A stretch of DNA of 64,000 nt from a virus, in the IMG/VR virus record IMGVR_UViG_2924798928_000002; one strand, written 5' to 3'. The position numbers and the translations under genes were made by a program. Below, one piece after another: positions 8,981 to 18,845 of the stretch (positions within the stretch are counted from its first letter, which is position 1; each line of letters opens with the position of its first letter). The notes under the pieces were generated by a model, which saw only the letters and a list, made by a program, of their open reading frames with translations, ran no database searches and was not told the DNA's origin.

Positions 8981-9363
8981 AAGTCTTCTGACTGTTCAAT
9001 AATTTGTTCAGCTAACCAAGGACACTGGGTAAGCAGCATTTTCACATTGGCGGGGGTAAACTCAAGAGGAGTTCCTTCCCATTCTAAATTCTCCCAGCTA
9101 GCTACGCGTACAATGGCGTTTTCAAGAGCTTCCGATTTCAATTCAGAGAGTTCTTTAAATTGTGGTTTGCGGGTGCGCTGGTTTTCAAATTCTTGCTTTT
9201 GTAATTTGCGTAAGACGTTAGATTGAAAACGCTGTACAACATCACTTTGCGAGGCATAAACATCAATCATTGCTCCAGTTCCTTCCCCAGTAATCGGGTG
9301 AGTGACTTCAAAGCGATAAGTATTTTCAGAGGCTTTAACAGTATTTAATTTAGAAAAGTCCAT
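8959..9363 (-). CDS. Tail assembly chaperone
   Basis: Follows the tail tube gene; ends LGNFLKA at the slippery site. Confidence 0.75.
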   Translation of the reverse strand: MDFSKLNTVKASENTYRFEVTHPITGEGTGAMIDVYASQSDVVQRFQSNVLRKLQKQEFENQRTRKPQFKELSELKSEALENAIVRVASWENLEWEGTPLEFTPANVKMLLTQCPWLAEQIIEQSEDLGNFLKA

Positions 9364-9460
9364 TGTGTTTTCCTTATAAAATTGGATTGAAATAAAAAAA
9401 CCGAAAGTGATGAACTTTCGGGGGTTGTTTTCTATAAAGTATGACTAATTTTCACCGGCT

Positions 9461-10471
9461 TTAGGCCAATGAATCTTGAACGATGAGTGTTGTTGGTTTC
9501 TTTAATACATCATCAATTGTACTTTCCGCATCATAAATCGCGGGGAAAGCATCAAAGTTTAGGGTTTGAATAAGGTTTTTTGCACCGTCATCAATTTCAA
9601 TAGAAGTTGCTTTCACGCCTGGCAAGATGAACGTTAAATAATCTCCGTTGTCGACTGATTCGGCATCCATTCTTAAAGCAAGAGAAAGATTCGCGCCGCT
9701 ACGCACAGCGTCAATCATGGTTTTATCTTGGAAATACATCGTAAACGATCCGCTAATTGCCACTGTGCCAATAAACACGTCAGGTGCGTATTTCGCGCCC
9801 AGTACCGCCTCACTCGACGCATTCAAATCAATGTCCATCTTCAAACCAGTAACTAACGCTGCTTTGGTTTTGTTAACCATCAGCTGCCCATTTACACCTG
9901 CAACCTTAGCTGATTGAGTCACTTCCTGCGCACCAGTAAAATATGCAGTTTGACTCTCCTCGCCTTTTTGTCCTAAAAAGGTGACCGCAATCGATGCTAT
10001 ACCATTCGGTTGAATATCTAGGCTAATTTTAGATACTCGACAACCTGTATAAATGCGACTTAATCCAATATCTGCGAAGGTGTCTTCAAGCGTAAAGGAA
10101 TCAGTTGTATGGCCAGTTTCAGGAATTACGAGTAATTTACCTTGTTTTTCACCTGCCCCAGTGCTAGTTTTCTTTAATACAGGTGATTTCGCTTCTGTCC
10201 ATGTTCCCCGCAATGCGGCCGCAAAAAAATCAGACCATTGACCTGCAGACAATTCACCTTTCAAATCGCCCTCCACTTTTTCAAATCCAACAATGGATGG
10301 AGAGCGTTGCATATTTTCTCGAATTTCCTCACTTGAGAATGAATCAAATGTTGAGTTCAGTGAGCTTTCTGTGCGAGGCATCACTTTACCAATACCTTTT
10401 GCAGCACGTACTCCAAATGTTGTTTCTTTTGCAAACGTAACCTTACGTTTTACACCTTGTGCATTTGCCAT
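9461..10471 (-). CDS. Major tail tube protein
   Basis: AKETTFG, SEEIR motifs; position in the tail operon. Confidence 0.8.
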   Translation of the reverse strand: MANAQGVKRKVTFAKETTFGVRAAKGIGKVMPRTESSLNSTFDSFSSEEIRENMQRSPSIVGFEKVEGDLKGELSAGQWSDFFAAALRGTWTEAKSPVLKKTSTGAGEKQGKLLVIPETGHTTDSFTLEDTFADIGLSRIYTGCRVSKISLDIQPNGIASIAVTFLGQKGEESQTAYFTGAQEVTQSAKVAGVNGQLMVNKTKAALVTGLKMDIDLNASSEAVLGAKYAPDVFIGTVAISGSFTMYFQDKTMIDAVRSGANLSLALRMDAESVDNGDYLTFILPGVKATSIEIDDGAKNLIQTLNFDAFPAIYDAESTIDDVLKKPTTLIVQDSLA

Positions 10472-10479
10472 ATAACCTC

Positions 10480-10872
10480 CTAGAGTTCATAAGCGGTAAA
10501 ATTGATTGTAACTGGCAACGCCAGTTTATTATCGTTTAAAAAAATACCGCCAATAAGTGGCGGTTTATGGATGATGATTTGAATGTTATCCTTAATAAAG
10601 GACTGACCGTAAAAATGCCGTCGAATATCTGTTGCACGCTCCTCAATGGCTTTCGTGCCTAATCCTGCCTCATAAAATAACGTTAATTGCAAAAAACCTA
10701 ATTCTTCAGCATGTGGCCGATCAGAGATTGCACCTGTATCGCTAGATGAAATAGTTAAGTGGAGCGTTTGATATGGTAGTTTGGGCGTATTTAAAACGCC
10801 TTCCCATGCGGTATTAAATTGTCCTAATTGGTTTAAGTGTGTTTGCAATACAGACCGAATAATTTGTTTCAT
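10480..10872 (-). CDS. Tail terminator-like protein
   Basis: Position; G-x-LQ...G-x-G...A..IR..F pattern. Confidence 0.65.
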   Translation of the reverse strand: MKQIIRSVLQTHLNQLGQFNTAWEGVLNTPKLPYQTLHLTISSSDTGAISDRPHAEELGFLQLTLFYEAGLGTKAIEERATDIRRHFYGQSFIKDNIQIIIHKPPLIGGIFLNDNKLALPVTINFTAYEL

Positions 10873-10878
10873 CTAAAA

Positions 10879-11271
10879 TCACCACCTACTTTTCTTTAAT
10901 AACGCTTCCATTTCTTGCACAGTAATCCTCACCATGCCTTTTGGGGCCTGAATCGAAAAGCCATTGTTTGTTTTACGCCCTCCTGGTTTAGGGTATAAAC
11001 CATATTCCAGCGTCAAGGCATAAGGCTTATCCGTCGCAATGTAAAGCGTATTACCAAATTTTGCATTGTTAATCACTTCATTAGAACCATTAAATACAGA
11101 TGGTGCCTCTCCCACCGAGACTGTCCAACTCCGACGTAACTGCCCGCTATCGACAGGCGTTTTAGATTGCACTTTTTTAAATGTATCCAATGCGATTTTC
11201 CGTACAAACATATCTGCACGTTGCATCGTTCGTTCTCTAAAAGCATCAATTTCAGCTACAAATTTACCCAT
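10879..11271 (-). CDS. HK97 gp10-family tail completion protein
   Basis: TPVDSGQLRRSW, YALTLEYG, QAPKGMVRIT. Confidence 0.85.
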   Translation of the reverse strand: MGKFVAEIDAFRERTMQRADMFVRKIALDTFKKVQSKTPVDSGQLRRSWTVSVGEAPSVFNGSNEVINNAKFGNTLYIATDKPYALTLEYGLYPKPGGRKTNNGFSIQAPKGMVRITVQEMEALLKKSRW

Positions 11272-11665
11272 TTACTAACCTTGCCTGAAGCTTGTAATAA
11301 ATCGTCATACCAGATGGTTTTAATGGCTGACAATTCACAATTTGCCAACGCTCTCCATTAACAAGGAGTACACTTAAAAGCAGCTCCTCTCTCGAAAGAG
11401 GAGATGATAGGCTTAACGTAATAGACACATCGCCTTGTTGAACTAAGCTTGCCTCACCTTTTAAAACACCAGAACTTTGGAATTGAGGAAAGTCATAGGC
11501 CAATTGGTTAAATATACAAACACCCAATAAGCGACGCTTGCGTCGAGTTGCCTCACCTGTTTCAACGTTGTAATCACTGGTAATGTTTTGTTCAATACTA
11601 CATGGCACCCCAAATTCGGTTAACAAGGTCTTTGCAGTATCAGCCAACTCATCATAAAATCCCAT
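11264..11665 (-). CDS. Head closure / head-tail joining protein
   Basis: Position; FYDELADTA..LLTEFG N-terminus. Confidence 0.6.
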   Translation of the reverse strand: MGFYDELADTAKTLLTEFGVPCSIEQNITSDYNVETGEATRRKRRLLGVCIFNQLAYDFPQFQSSGVLKGEASLVQQGDVSITLSLSSPLSREELLLSVLLVNGERWQIVNCQPLKPSGMTIYYKLQARLVNG

Positions 11666-11667
11666 TC

Positions 11668-12105
11668 TTACCCCCGTTCAAGCAATACTCTACGCATAGC
11701 GCCTTTCTCTCGAACAAACTCTCTCAATAACTGAGCCACATAACTAAATCGCTGATTCTCTACACCGTTTGCAGCTGAAGGATAAGAATACGTTACAGAA
11801 AGTTCACCAACTTTCACTGCACTTTTAAGTGCGGTTGGATTTTGAGTTAAATTTTCTTCCAAAGCTAATTCGCAGACTGCATTTTTTACTTTTACTGGCA
11901 CGTCTGTATCCCCATTACGTGGGAACGCTCGTAATTGATGTTTATCGGATGGCTTTCCTAAATAGATATAGCCACTATCAATATAATCCGATGCATTGAC
12001 TAATCGGCGAGCCTTTTCTGTTGCACTTAGTGCCCCCCATATTTCTGCACTCATTCTGAGATTATGATATGCATCAGCTTCTTCTACAGAAACATAAGCG
12101 CTCAT
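11668..12105 (-). CDS. Head-tail adaptor (DnaT-like family)
   Basis: YVSVEEADAY, QLRAFPR, VKNAVCELA, KVGELSVTY. Confidence 0.7.
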   Translation of the reverse strand: MSAYVSVEEADAYHNLRMSAEIWGALSATEKARRLVNASDYIDSGYIYLGKPSDKHQLRAFPRNGDTDVPVKVKNAVCELALEENLTQNPTALKSAVKVGELSVTYSYPSAANGVENQRFSYVAQLLREFVREKGAMRRVLLERG

Positions 12106-12246
12106 TTTTTCTCCTTACTTAGAAGAATCTTCAATTTTGTTTTGGTACAATTTCACACAGTTATTTCCTTTTGCAATTAATGGGCAATGGAAATAAGAAC
12201 CCCCGAGTAATTCGTTACTTGGGGGCTCGCTTTTTTAGCGATATGG

Positions 12247-13197
12247 CTATTTGGTTTTCACCAACACACCTGCAGTGTCTTTCAATGAAGTTGCGGTTTT
12301 ACGCCAGTTGGCTGATGCACCTAATTTAGTATCATCAGGAGATTTACCGCCTGCAGTCATATCCCATTCATAACCGAGAATACCTAAGTTATAAGTCCAT
12401 TCTGCTTGATAAACTGCTGCGATATTTTCACCGCCTAATTTCGGTTGCATTTCGCTATTGAAATCGTTGTTACCGCTTACCACGATCGCCCCTTCTTGCA
12501 AGCCTAGAGTGTTATAGGCTGAAGCGGTGCTATCAACTAACGCAGGGCTATCCGTGACCACAAACAAGCGACCAAACGGATCGCGCATCACACTCACGTT
12601 ATCGTAAGTAAACAAACGTTCTGCGTTAGTTAAGGCATTGTCGTACAAGGTATGTAAGGTGGTTGAATGAACAATCCACGCTTTTAATGCGCTGGAGCGG
12701 TCGCCAAATAATGCCGCTGCTTTGTTAAGCGTACGGAAAGTTGGGGCATTTTTCTTGTCGTCTAGCACAGCTGTAGTTTGCCCACCAATCGCGGCAACCG
12801 CCCCTAAAATTGCGGTGTTTAACATATCTGCCAAGCGCGCTTTTGCTAATTGCTGACCAATTTCAATGGCTGCCAATTCTGGGTTTTGTAATACCCAACG
12901 ATATTGTTGCGGTTCATACTCAATCGGGTGCGTACCTGCAGCCACTTTTACTGCTACATTGAGTAATTGTTCTAGGCGTTTCGCTTGCACTGTACCACTG
13001 CCATAAGCATTACGACGACGCACTAAGCCTTGAATCGCTTTAAAGCTCGCACGAATATCAAAATCACCTTGTGTTGGAGCATTTTGCAATGTAATCACTC
13101 CGCCTGAAGCTTGATTGAATTTTTCAATATCCTGATCGACAGTTTCAGTTAACGCTAAATGTGTTTGTTTGTTAAAGACTTGTAAGTCAAAAGCCAT
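12247..13197 (-). CDS. Major capsid protein
   Basis: FNQASGGVITL...WRKTATSLKDTAGVL; follows the scaffold gene. Confidence 0.85.
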   Translation of the reverse strand: MAFDLQVFNKQTHLALTETVDQDIEKFNQASGGVITLQNAPTQGDFDIRASFKAIQGLVRRRNAYGSGTVQAKRLEQLLNVAVKVAAGTHPIEYEPQQYRWVLQNPELAAIEIGQQLAKARLADMLNTAILGAVAAIGGQTTAVLDDKKNAPTFRTLNKAAALFGDRSSALKAWIVHSTTLHTLYDNALTNAERLFTYDNVSVMRDPFGRLFVVTDSPALVDSTASAYNTLGLQEGAIVVSGNNDFNSEMQPKLGGENIAAVYQAEWTYNLGILGYEWDMTAGGKSPDDTKLGASANWRKTATSLKDTAGVLVKTK

Positions 13198-13262
13198 AAT
13201 AAGCTCCTATGTTATGGTGCGATTGCACCGTAAATAAAAAAGGTGCAATCTCTTGCACCCGA

Positions 13263-13975
13263 TTATGAATGTTGTTGCATATACGCAATTTTTTCTGCGT
13301 CGGTTTTACATTCGGCTAAGGATTTAGGGGCATTGCTACCGCCTGTTCCCGCGCCAATACCTGAACCTGATGTACCTGATGGTTTTAAAATCGCATCTTT
13401 ATTTGGATACGCACCGACTAACGCCTCTAATGCTTCCTCAAAATCGGCTTTTTCACCTGGGCGTGAACGGCTGTAAATTTCATTGCCATCGGCGAACTTC
13501 GCCACCACTTTACCTTCATCTGAAATACTGAAATGCTTACCAAAGAAGGCTTGCACCACATCAGAAGGTAAATTTAAATGTTCTGCGGCATATTTAGAGC
13601 GAGCAAACGAACCACCAATTAGTTCTGCGTGCAATTGCGATTGTAGTTTTTCAGCTTGAGATTTGGATTCTGCCAGTTGTTCATCAAAGGTTTTACGCAT
13701 TTCTGCTTTCACCTTTTCCACTTCGCCCGCATCAATCAACTTCTTATCATCGAGATTTTTCACCGTTTCCAAGGCTTTGATTGCTGCTTTCGGATCGTCA
13801 ATCCCCGAAAATGCCGAGAGTTTTGCTTCCGCCTGCTCTTTGGCTTCACGGTGTTTTTTCGCCTCACTGTTAAGCTCTGCAATTTTGGCTGTGGCTTTTG
13901 TGGCATCAAACGGAATTTCCTTCCCGTCTTCGTGAACATACACAGGCATCCCGTTTTCAACAACCACGTGCCCAT
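13263..13975 (-). pseudogene. Head scaffolding protein, 3' part (split by the Mu-like insertion)
   Basis: Joins 49347-49373 to give MKLKLDENGHVVVENGMPVYVHEDGKEIPFDA. Confidence 0.9.
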
Positions 13976-14175
13976 TGTATCCAACCACTTAATATGAGAA
14001 ACAAAGAAACAAATAGGGATTTGGCGGAATTTTTCGGGAATAAGTGGGATGGATGTAGATAAAACGGGGCTTGACGGTGTGCCAGCCCCTTTTTTATTGG
14101 AAGAAAAACAGAAATAATGAAATGGGAAAAATTTTCCAAAACTCACCGCTTTAACCGCTAAATTTGGGAAACGTT
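13976..14175 (+). repeat. Mu-like left end with transposase-binding sites
   Basis: TG terminus; sites CAACCACTTAATATGAGAAA (13982-14001) and TAACCGCTAAATTTGGGAAA (14152-14171) match the right-end sites. Confidence 0.8.
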
Positions 14176-14195
14176 AAAGCGGGTTTAAATGGTGT

Positions 14196-14954
14196 TTAAA
14201 TCATATTTTTGCCGAGGTGGACGAGTTGTCCTATAACTTGAAGATTTTCGGCTTCATCCTTTGAAAGTATGATTGGGGGGTATTCTTCTCTATTGTCTGA
14301 AATCAGCTCTACACCGTCCCAACGAATTTTCACGCGTTTCACCCACACGCTTGCTCCGTTTTGCACTAAATAGATTTTATCGCCTTTGATTTCCTTTCTT
14401 TTTAAATCCACCAACATCTGATCGCCGTCATCAATGGTTGGGCGCATTGAAATGCCGTCTGCCCAAAACACAGCCGCGTATTTCGGGTTTACGCCCAGTT
14501 TTCGCAGTAATGCCGCAGAATAAGGCGTTTGCTCGTCAGGCTTTGTTACGCCCTCATTAAAACTGCCGAAGCCTGCTGAAACGTTGATAGAAGAATAGCT
14601 ATCAATCATGATCACGTTTTCATTAGATATATCTACCTTAGTTTCATTGCTAGAGCCACTACTAGTCATGCTACCAATTATCCCACCAATAACAGCACCT
14701 GGCACTCCCGCAAACGTAGCCCCTACTGCGGCTCCAATTGATGAAGCAACGGAAGGTATAAAACCTAGTGATTTTTGAACTTCCTTGGGTAACGATGAAT
14801 AGTGATATTCAACCGCGCCACCTTGTACACCGTCCTTTTCTCTTTTTATCCAGTTCTGTGTTCTAGCCCTCTTGTTTATTCCCTGAGGCGAATTTGGTAG
14901 TCCTTCCAAGTCCTTTAGTTCATTTGCTGAAAACCACTCTTTGGAGTTTCTCAT
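14196..14954 (-). CDS. Mu-like repressor c (Mu DNA-binding domain plus S24 autopeptidase)
   Basis: N-terminus paralogous to the transposase N-terminus; SAGFG, GISM, VKR S24 motifs. Confidence 0.9.
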   Translation of the reverse strand: MRNSKEWFSANELKDLEGLPNSPQGINKRARTQNWIKREKDGVQGGAVEYHYSSLPKEVQKSLGFIPSVASSIGAAVGATFAGVPGAVIGGIIGSMTSSGSSNETKVDISNENVIMIDSYSSINVSAGFGSFNEGVTKPDEQTPYSAALLRKLGVNPKYAAVFWADGISMRPTIDDGDQMLVDLKRKEIKGDKIYLVQNGASVWVKRVKIRWDGVELISDNREEYPPIILSKDEAENLQVIGQLVHLGKNMI

Positions 14955-15114
14955 AAACCTACCTTTCAGAAACTTTAGTTTCTGCCTAGTTTCTAAAATA
15001 TAACCTATTGATTATTAAAGCACTTTAAAAGCGACTCTAAAAAATATCAATTATTTTTCAGAAACCACTTGAGTTTCTGAAAACTTAGATGTATAGTTTC
15101 CATAGTTTCTAAAG
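14944..15114. promoter_or_regulatory. Operator/enhancer region with IHF site
   Basis: Repeated AGTTTCT(A/G)AAA-like motifs in both orientations; AATCAATAGGTTA (15001-15013, - strand) fits IHF consensus WATCAAN4TTR. Confidence 0.7.
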
Positions 15115-15157
15115 AGTAACACCTAAGATTTAATCTAAAGAGTAAGGATAGCACATT

Positions 15158-15370
15158 ATGAAAAAGAGTAAAAAAAATATGCACCGCGCATACATCATCG
15201 CAATGATACAAGAGAAAGGGAAAACCTTGTCTCAACTATCCATTGAAGCTGGCTTACACCCTAGAACTTTAGGCAATGCGCTTGATCGCAAATATCCAAA
15301 AGGTGAACGAATTATTGCAGATTTTATCGGTATGAAACCTGAGGAAATATGGCCCGCTCGTTACGAGTAG
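15158..15370 (+). CDS. ner: Ner-like early regulator
   Basis: MHRAYIIA...YPKGERIIADFIGMKPEEIWPARY. Confidence 0.9.
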   Translation: MKKSKKNMHRAYIIAMIQEKGKTLSQLSIEAGLHPRTLGNALDRKYPKGERIIADFIGMKPEEIWPARYE

Positions 15371-15378
15371 GAGGATGT

Positions 15379-17349
15379 ATGGAAATGTGGATTTCAGCTC
15401 AACAGCTCGCAGTTTTAGAAACTATGCCTAGTTCCCCACAAGGGGTAAACAAGAAAGCAAGAGCAGGAAACTGGGAAAAAAGACAGGTTCAAGGCATTCG
15501 CGGTGTCGGTTACGAATACGCTTTTTCCTCTCTCCCACAAGAAACCCAAGCAGAGCTTTTATTAAAACAAAGTGCGGTGGAAATCGACAACGTTTCAGAA
15601 ACACCCCGCACTAGAAAAGAACTCAACTATCTCCCCGAAGTGATTTGGAAACCTTACGAAAAGGCGACTGATAAACAGAAGGAAAATGCCAAAGCCAAGC
15701 TCGTACCACTGCATAAATTAGACGATTTAGTGCGAAATGGCGTGGAATTAATGACCGCTTTGGATGCTGTCGCGGAAGAATGCGACATTGCGAAAGGATC
15801 GCTCAAACGTTGGTATTACCAAGTGCGGTCGTTTGAACGCCCAGATTGGTTACCGTTATTGATTGCTAAACACAATAACAAGAAATCTGGTAAGGAAGCG
15901 ACATTTACGGAAGAAGCCTGGGAAGCCTTTAAAGCAGATTATTTCCGTAACGAACAACCGCAATTCGGCAGTTGCTACGAGCGTTTAAAACGTGCTGCAA
16001 GGGAAAAAGGCTGGAACATCCCATCGGCAAGTAGCATAAAACGCAAAATTGAGCGTGAAGTGCCGAAATTGGTGCAAGTGCAATTACGCGAAGGTGATCA
16101 TGCTGTGATGCAGTATTACCCATCCATGCGCCGCACCGTGGCGGAAATTGAAGCTCTTGAATGGATCAACGGCGATGGCTACCAACACAACGTGTTCGTC
16201 CGCTGGCATAACGGTGAGATTGTCCGCCCTAAAACCTGGATTTGGCAAGACATTCGCACCCGCAAAATCTTGGCTTACCGTGTGGATTTGAGCGAAAACA
16301 GCGACACCATTCGCCTAAGTTTGATGGATTTGATTTGGAAATACGGCATCCCGAAAAAATGCACCATTGATAACACCCGCGCGGCGGCAAATAAATGGAT
16401 GACTGGGGGCGTGAAGAACCGCTATCGCTTTAAAGTAAAAGAAGATGATGTGATTGGGATTATCCCGATGCTTGGCATCGAATTGTTGTGGACATCGGTG
16501 CAATTTGGCAAAGGTCACGGGCAAGCAAAACCAATCGAACGTGCGTTTTCACACGGTGGTTTAGGCGAATTAGTCGATAAACACCCAAGCCTTGCAGGCT
16601 TTTACGCAGGCGAGAACGTTTATAACAAGCCCGATAACTACAACAGCGGGAAAGACGGCGTAGATTACGACACATTTATTTTAGCCATAGAAGATGGCAT
16701 CCGCACTTTCAATGAACGCGAAGGCAGACAAACGGAAATTTGCCAAGGCATTTACAGTTTCAGCCAAGTATTTGAGCGCGATTACGCCAAGGCGCAAATT
16801 CGCAAGGCAAGCGCAGAACAAATGCGTTTTTTAATGTTGATGAGCGAAGCCGTTACATTGAGAAAAGACGGCACATTTGAGTTAGATGCTGGTGGTAAGG
16901 TCAATAATCGCAAAAACCGCTATTTAGCGAGCGAACTGATTGCCACCGCACACCGCAAGGTGGTGGTGAAATTCGACCCGCAAGACTTGCACAACAAAGT
17001 GTGGGTTTATGGTTTGGATGGCGTGTTCTTAGCCGAAGCGAAATGTACTGAAGCGGTGGCATTTGGTGATAAAGCGAAAGGTCGTGAGCACGATAAAGCA
17101 CGCAAGCAAATGGTGAAAGCGGTAAAAGCTCAAGCGAAAGCCACACTCACGATGAATGCACAAGAAGCAGCGCGCTTGCAACCTCAATTCGAGGAGGAAG
17201 AACCGCCTGAACCGAAAATTATCGAATTGTACCGCCGAGAAGGTAATACGGTGCGTAAGCAGGATGTGTTGGAAGATGAGGAAGTCAGCACCTTCCAACA
17301 AGGTTTAGAAGATTACTTAGCAATGGCTAAGAAAGCAAAAGGGCTTTAA
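15379..17349 (+). CDS. Mu-type DDE transposase A
   Basis: WINGDGY, IDNTRA, AKPIERAF catalytic motifs. Confidence 0.95.
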   Translation: MEMWISAQQLAVLETMPSSPQGVNKKARAGNWEKRQVQGIRGVGYEYAFSSLPQETQAELLLKQSAVEIDNVSETPRTRKELNYLPEVIWKPYEKATDKQKENAKAKLVPLHKLDDLVRNGVELMTALDAVAEECDIAKGSLKRWYYQVRSFERPDWLPLLIAKHNNKKSGKEATFTEEAWEAFKADYFRNEQPQFGSCYERLKRAAREKGWNIPSASSIKRKIEREVPKLVQVQLREGDHAVMQYYPSMRRTVAEIEALEWINGDGYQHNVFVRWHNGEIVRPKTWIWQDIRTRKILAYRVDLSENSDTIRLSLMDLIWKYGIPKKCTIDNTRAAANKWMTGGVKNRYRFKVKEDDVIGIIPMLGIELLWTSVQFGKGHGQAKPIERAFSHGGLGELVDKHPSLAGFYAGENVYNKPDNYNSGKDGVDYDTFILAIEDGIRTFNEREGRQTEICQGIYSFSQVFERDYAKAQIRKASAEQMRFLMLMSEAVTLRKDGTFELDAGGKVNNRKNRYLASELIATAHRKVVVKFDPQDLHNKVWVYGLDGVFLAEAKCTEAVAFGDKAKGREHDKARKQMVKAVKAQAKATLTMNAQEAARLQPQFEEEEPPEPKIIELYRREGNTVRKQDVLEDEEVSTFQQGLEDYLAMAKKAKGL

Positions 17350-17380
17350 AGCGAGTTTAAAGCCGATTTAAGGAGAAAAA

Positions 17381-17818
17381 ATGACTACTAATTCTTATCA
17401 TCAGGATACCACATTTCTTCACCAGCTTCGTTCAGAAAAGGTGAAGTGTCGCCAAATTGCGAAAGCCAGACGGGTGAAAATTCGTAAAACAGATCAAGGT
17501 CTGACAGAAAGTTCAGCGACGTTTCAACAGTTTTCCGAGCTGATGAAGTCCGAACGATTTTTAACTCTAACAGCTTGTTTTGAATCATTAGTGCAATCGT
17601 TGCCATCCGCCAATGGGCATAAGTCGATTCAAGACGAAAACGTTCAGAAGACGTCTTTTCTTGCTGCTTGCGCGCTTTGGTGGGAAGACCAATTAATGAA
17701 AGCAGATAAGGGCGAAGGTGTTCCTCTTCAAATTCAATATATTTTTCAAGGCTTGGATAGTGCTTTAACGAGACAAAGAGCGCATCAAAATCCTTGGAAT
17801 CCCAATCGGAAAAAATAA
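17381..17818 (+). CDS. Hypothetical ORF overlapping the antisense gene
   Basis: AGGAG RBS before ATG 17381; 145 aa. Confidence 0.35.
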   Translation: MTTNSYHQDTTFLHQLRSEKVKCRQIAKARRVKIRKTDQGLTESSATFQQFSELMKSERFLTLTACFESLVQSLPSANGHKSIQDENVQKTSFLAACALWWEDQLMKADKGEGVPLQIQYIFQGLDSALTRQRAHQNPWNPNRKK

Positions 17819-17894
17819 CCTGAGCGGCATATTCGGCGCAGTAGTCTAGCTCTTTGTATTCAACATCCATGGGCAATTGACAAAGATTAAACAT
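17388..17894 (-). CDS. Hypothetical protein inserted antisense between A and B
   Basis: AGGAG RBS (17900-17904) before ATG 17894; protein-like composition. Confidence 0.55.
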   Translation of the reverse strand: MFNLCQLPMDVEYKELDYCAEYAAQVIFSDWDSKDFDALFVSLKHYPSLEKYIEFEEEHLRPYLLSLIGLPTKARKQQEKTSSERFRLESTYAHWRMATIALMIQNKLLELKIVRTSSARKTVETSLNFLSDLDLFYEFSPVWLSQFGDTSPFLNEAGEEMWYPDDKN

Positions 17895-17927
17895 AGATAC
17901 TCCTAGCAAACAAACAGGGTGATTATT

Positions 17928-18845
17928 ATGACACTAATTAACCAAATCAAACAACTCTTAGACAACCAAACCTACACCCAGCGCGAGATTGCTGCGCAAT
18001 CAGGCGTGAATCCAGGGGCATTAAGCGCGTATTTAAAAGGCACTTATGCCGGCAATGTGGAAAAAGTGGAACAAGCATTAAATAACTGGCTCGACACCCG
18101 TGAAAAGAAAGAAAAAGTGTTTGTGGAAGCACCGCACTTTATTGAAATTCCGACAGCGAAGAAAGTGTTTTCTGCATTGGATATGGCAAAAATCCTACCG
18201 ACTATGGTGACGGTGTATGGCGCAAGCGGTGTGGGCAAAACTAAAGCATGCCAAGAATACAAAAAAACGAACCAAAACGTGTGGATGATAACCGCAAGTC
18301 CAGCGCGTGCCACATTAAGCAGTATTTTGTATGAGTTAGCCCTTGAGTTAGGTATTAACGATGCGCCACGCCGTAAAGACCGCTTATCACGCCTAATTAC
18401 TAAAAAGCTCAAAGGCACACAAGGCTTAGTGATTATCGACGAAAGCGACCACCTGCCTTATGACGCACTCGAAGAAATCCGCATTATTCAAGAAGAAGCA
18501 GAAGTGGGCTTTGCGCTCATTGGTAACGACAAAGTGTACACACGAATCCAAGGCGGTGTGAATCAGGCGCATGAGTATGCCCGTTTATGGTCACGCATTG
18601 GTAACAACTGTGGCTTAAAAGCCAGTACAAAAGGCGACATTAAAGCGATTGCACAAGCATGGGGCTTGGATATTGCCGACAAAGATTTAATGACCGTCCT
18701 TTATGACATCGGCGGCAAGGCGGGCGGCTTACGCGCTTTAACGCAATATTTACGCCTAGCCGGCATGACGGCGAAAGGACAAGGCACTGTCATCACACTA
18801 GATCTCATTTTAACCGCCCAAGCACAAATGAAAGGAGCGAACTAA
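17928..18845 (+). CDS. Mu B-like AAA+ transposition ATPase
   Basis: N-terminal HTH; Walker A GASGVGKT; Walker B VIIDE. Confidence 0.93.
   Translation: MTLINQIKQLLDNQTYTQREIAAQSGVNPGALSAYLKGTYAGNVEKVEQALNNWLDTREKKEKVFVEAPHFIEIPTAKKVFSALDMAKILPTMVTVYGASGVGKTKACQEYKKTNQNVWMITASPARATLSSILYELALELGINDAPRRKDRLSRLITKKLKGTQGLVIIDESDHLPYDALEEIRIIQEEAEVGFALIGNDKVYTRIQGGVNQAHEYARLWSRIGNNCGLKASTKGDIKAIAQAWGLDIADKDLMTVLYDIGGKAGGLRALTQYLRLAGMTAKGQGTVITLDLILTAQAQMKGAN

Noticed and set aside
12115..12172. 13-aa ORF with RBS between capsid and adaptor genes
   Set aside because: Too short to support; possibly a deletion remnant
13760..14146. 128-aa ORF crossing the Mu-like left end
   Set aside because: Spans the insertion junction and the end-binding sites out of frame with the scaffold gene; likely incidental
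15013..15057. Fifth copy of the late-promoter box (TATTAAAGCACTTTAAAA-21bp-TATTTT)
   Set aside because: Degenerate, in very AT-rich operator DNA overlapping the IHF region; may be chance
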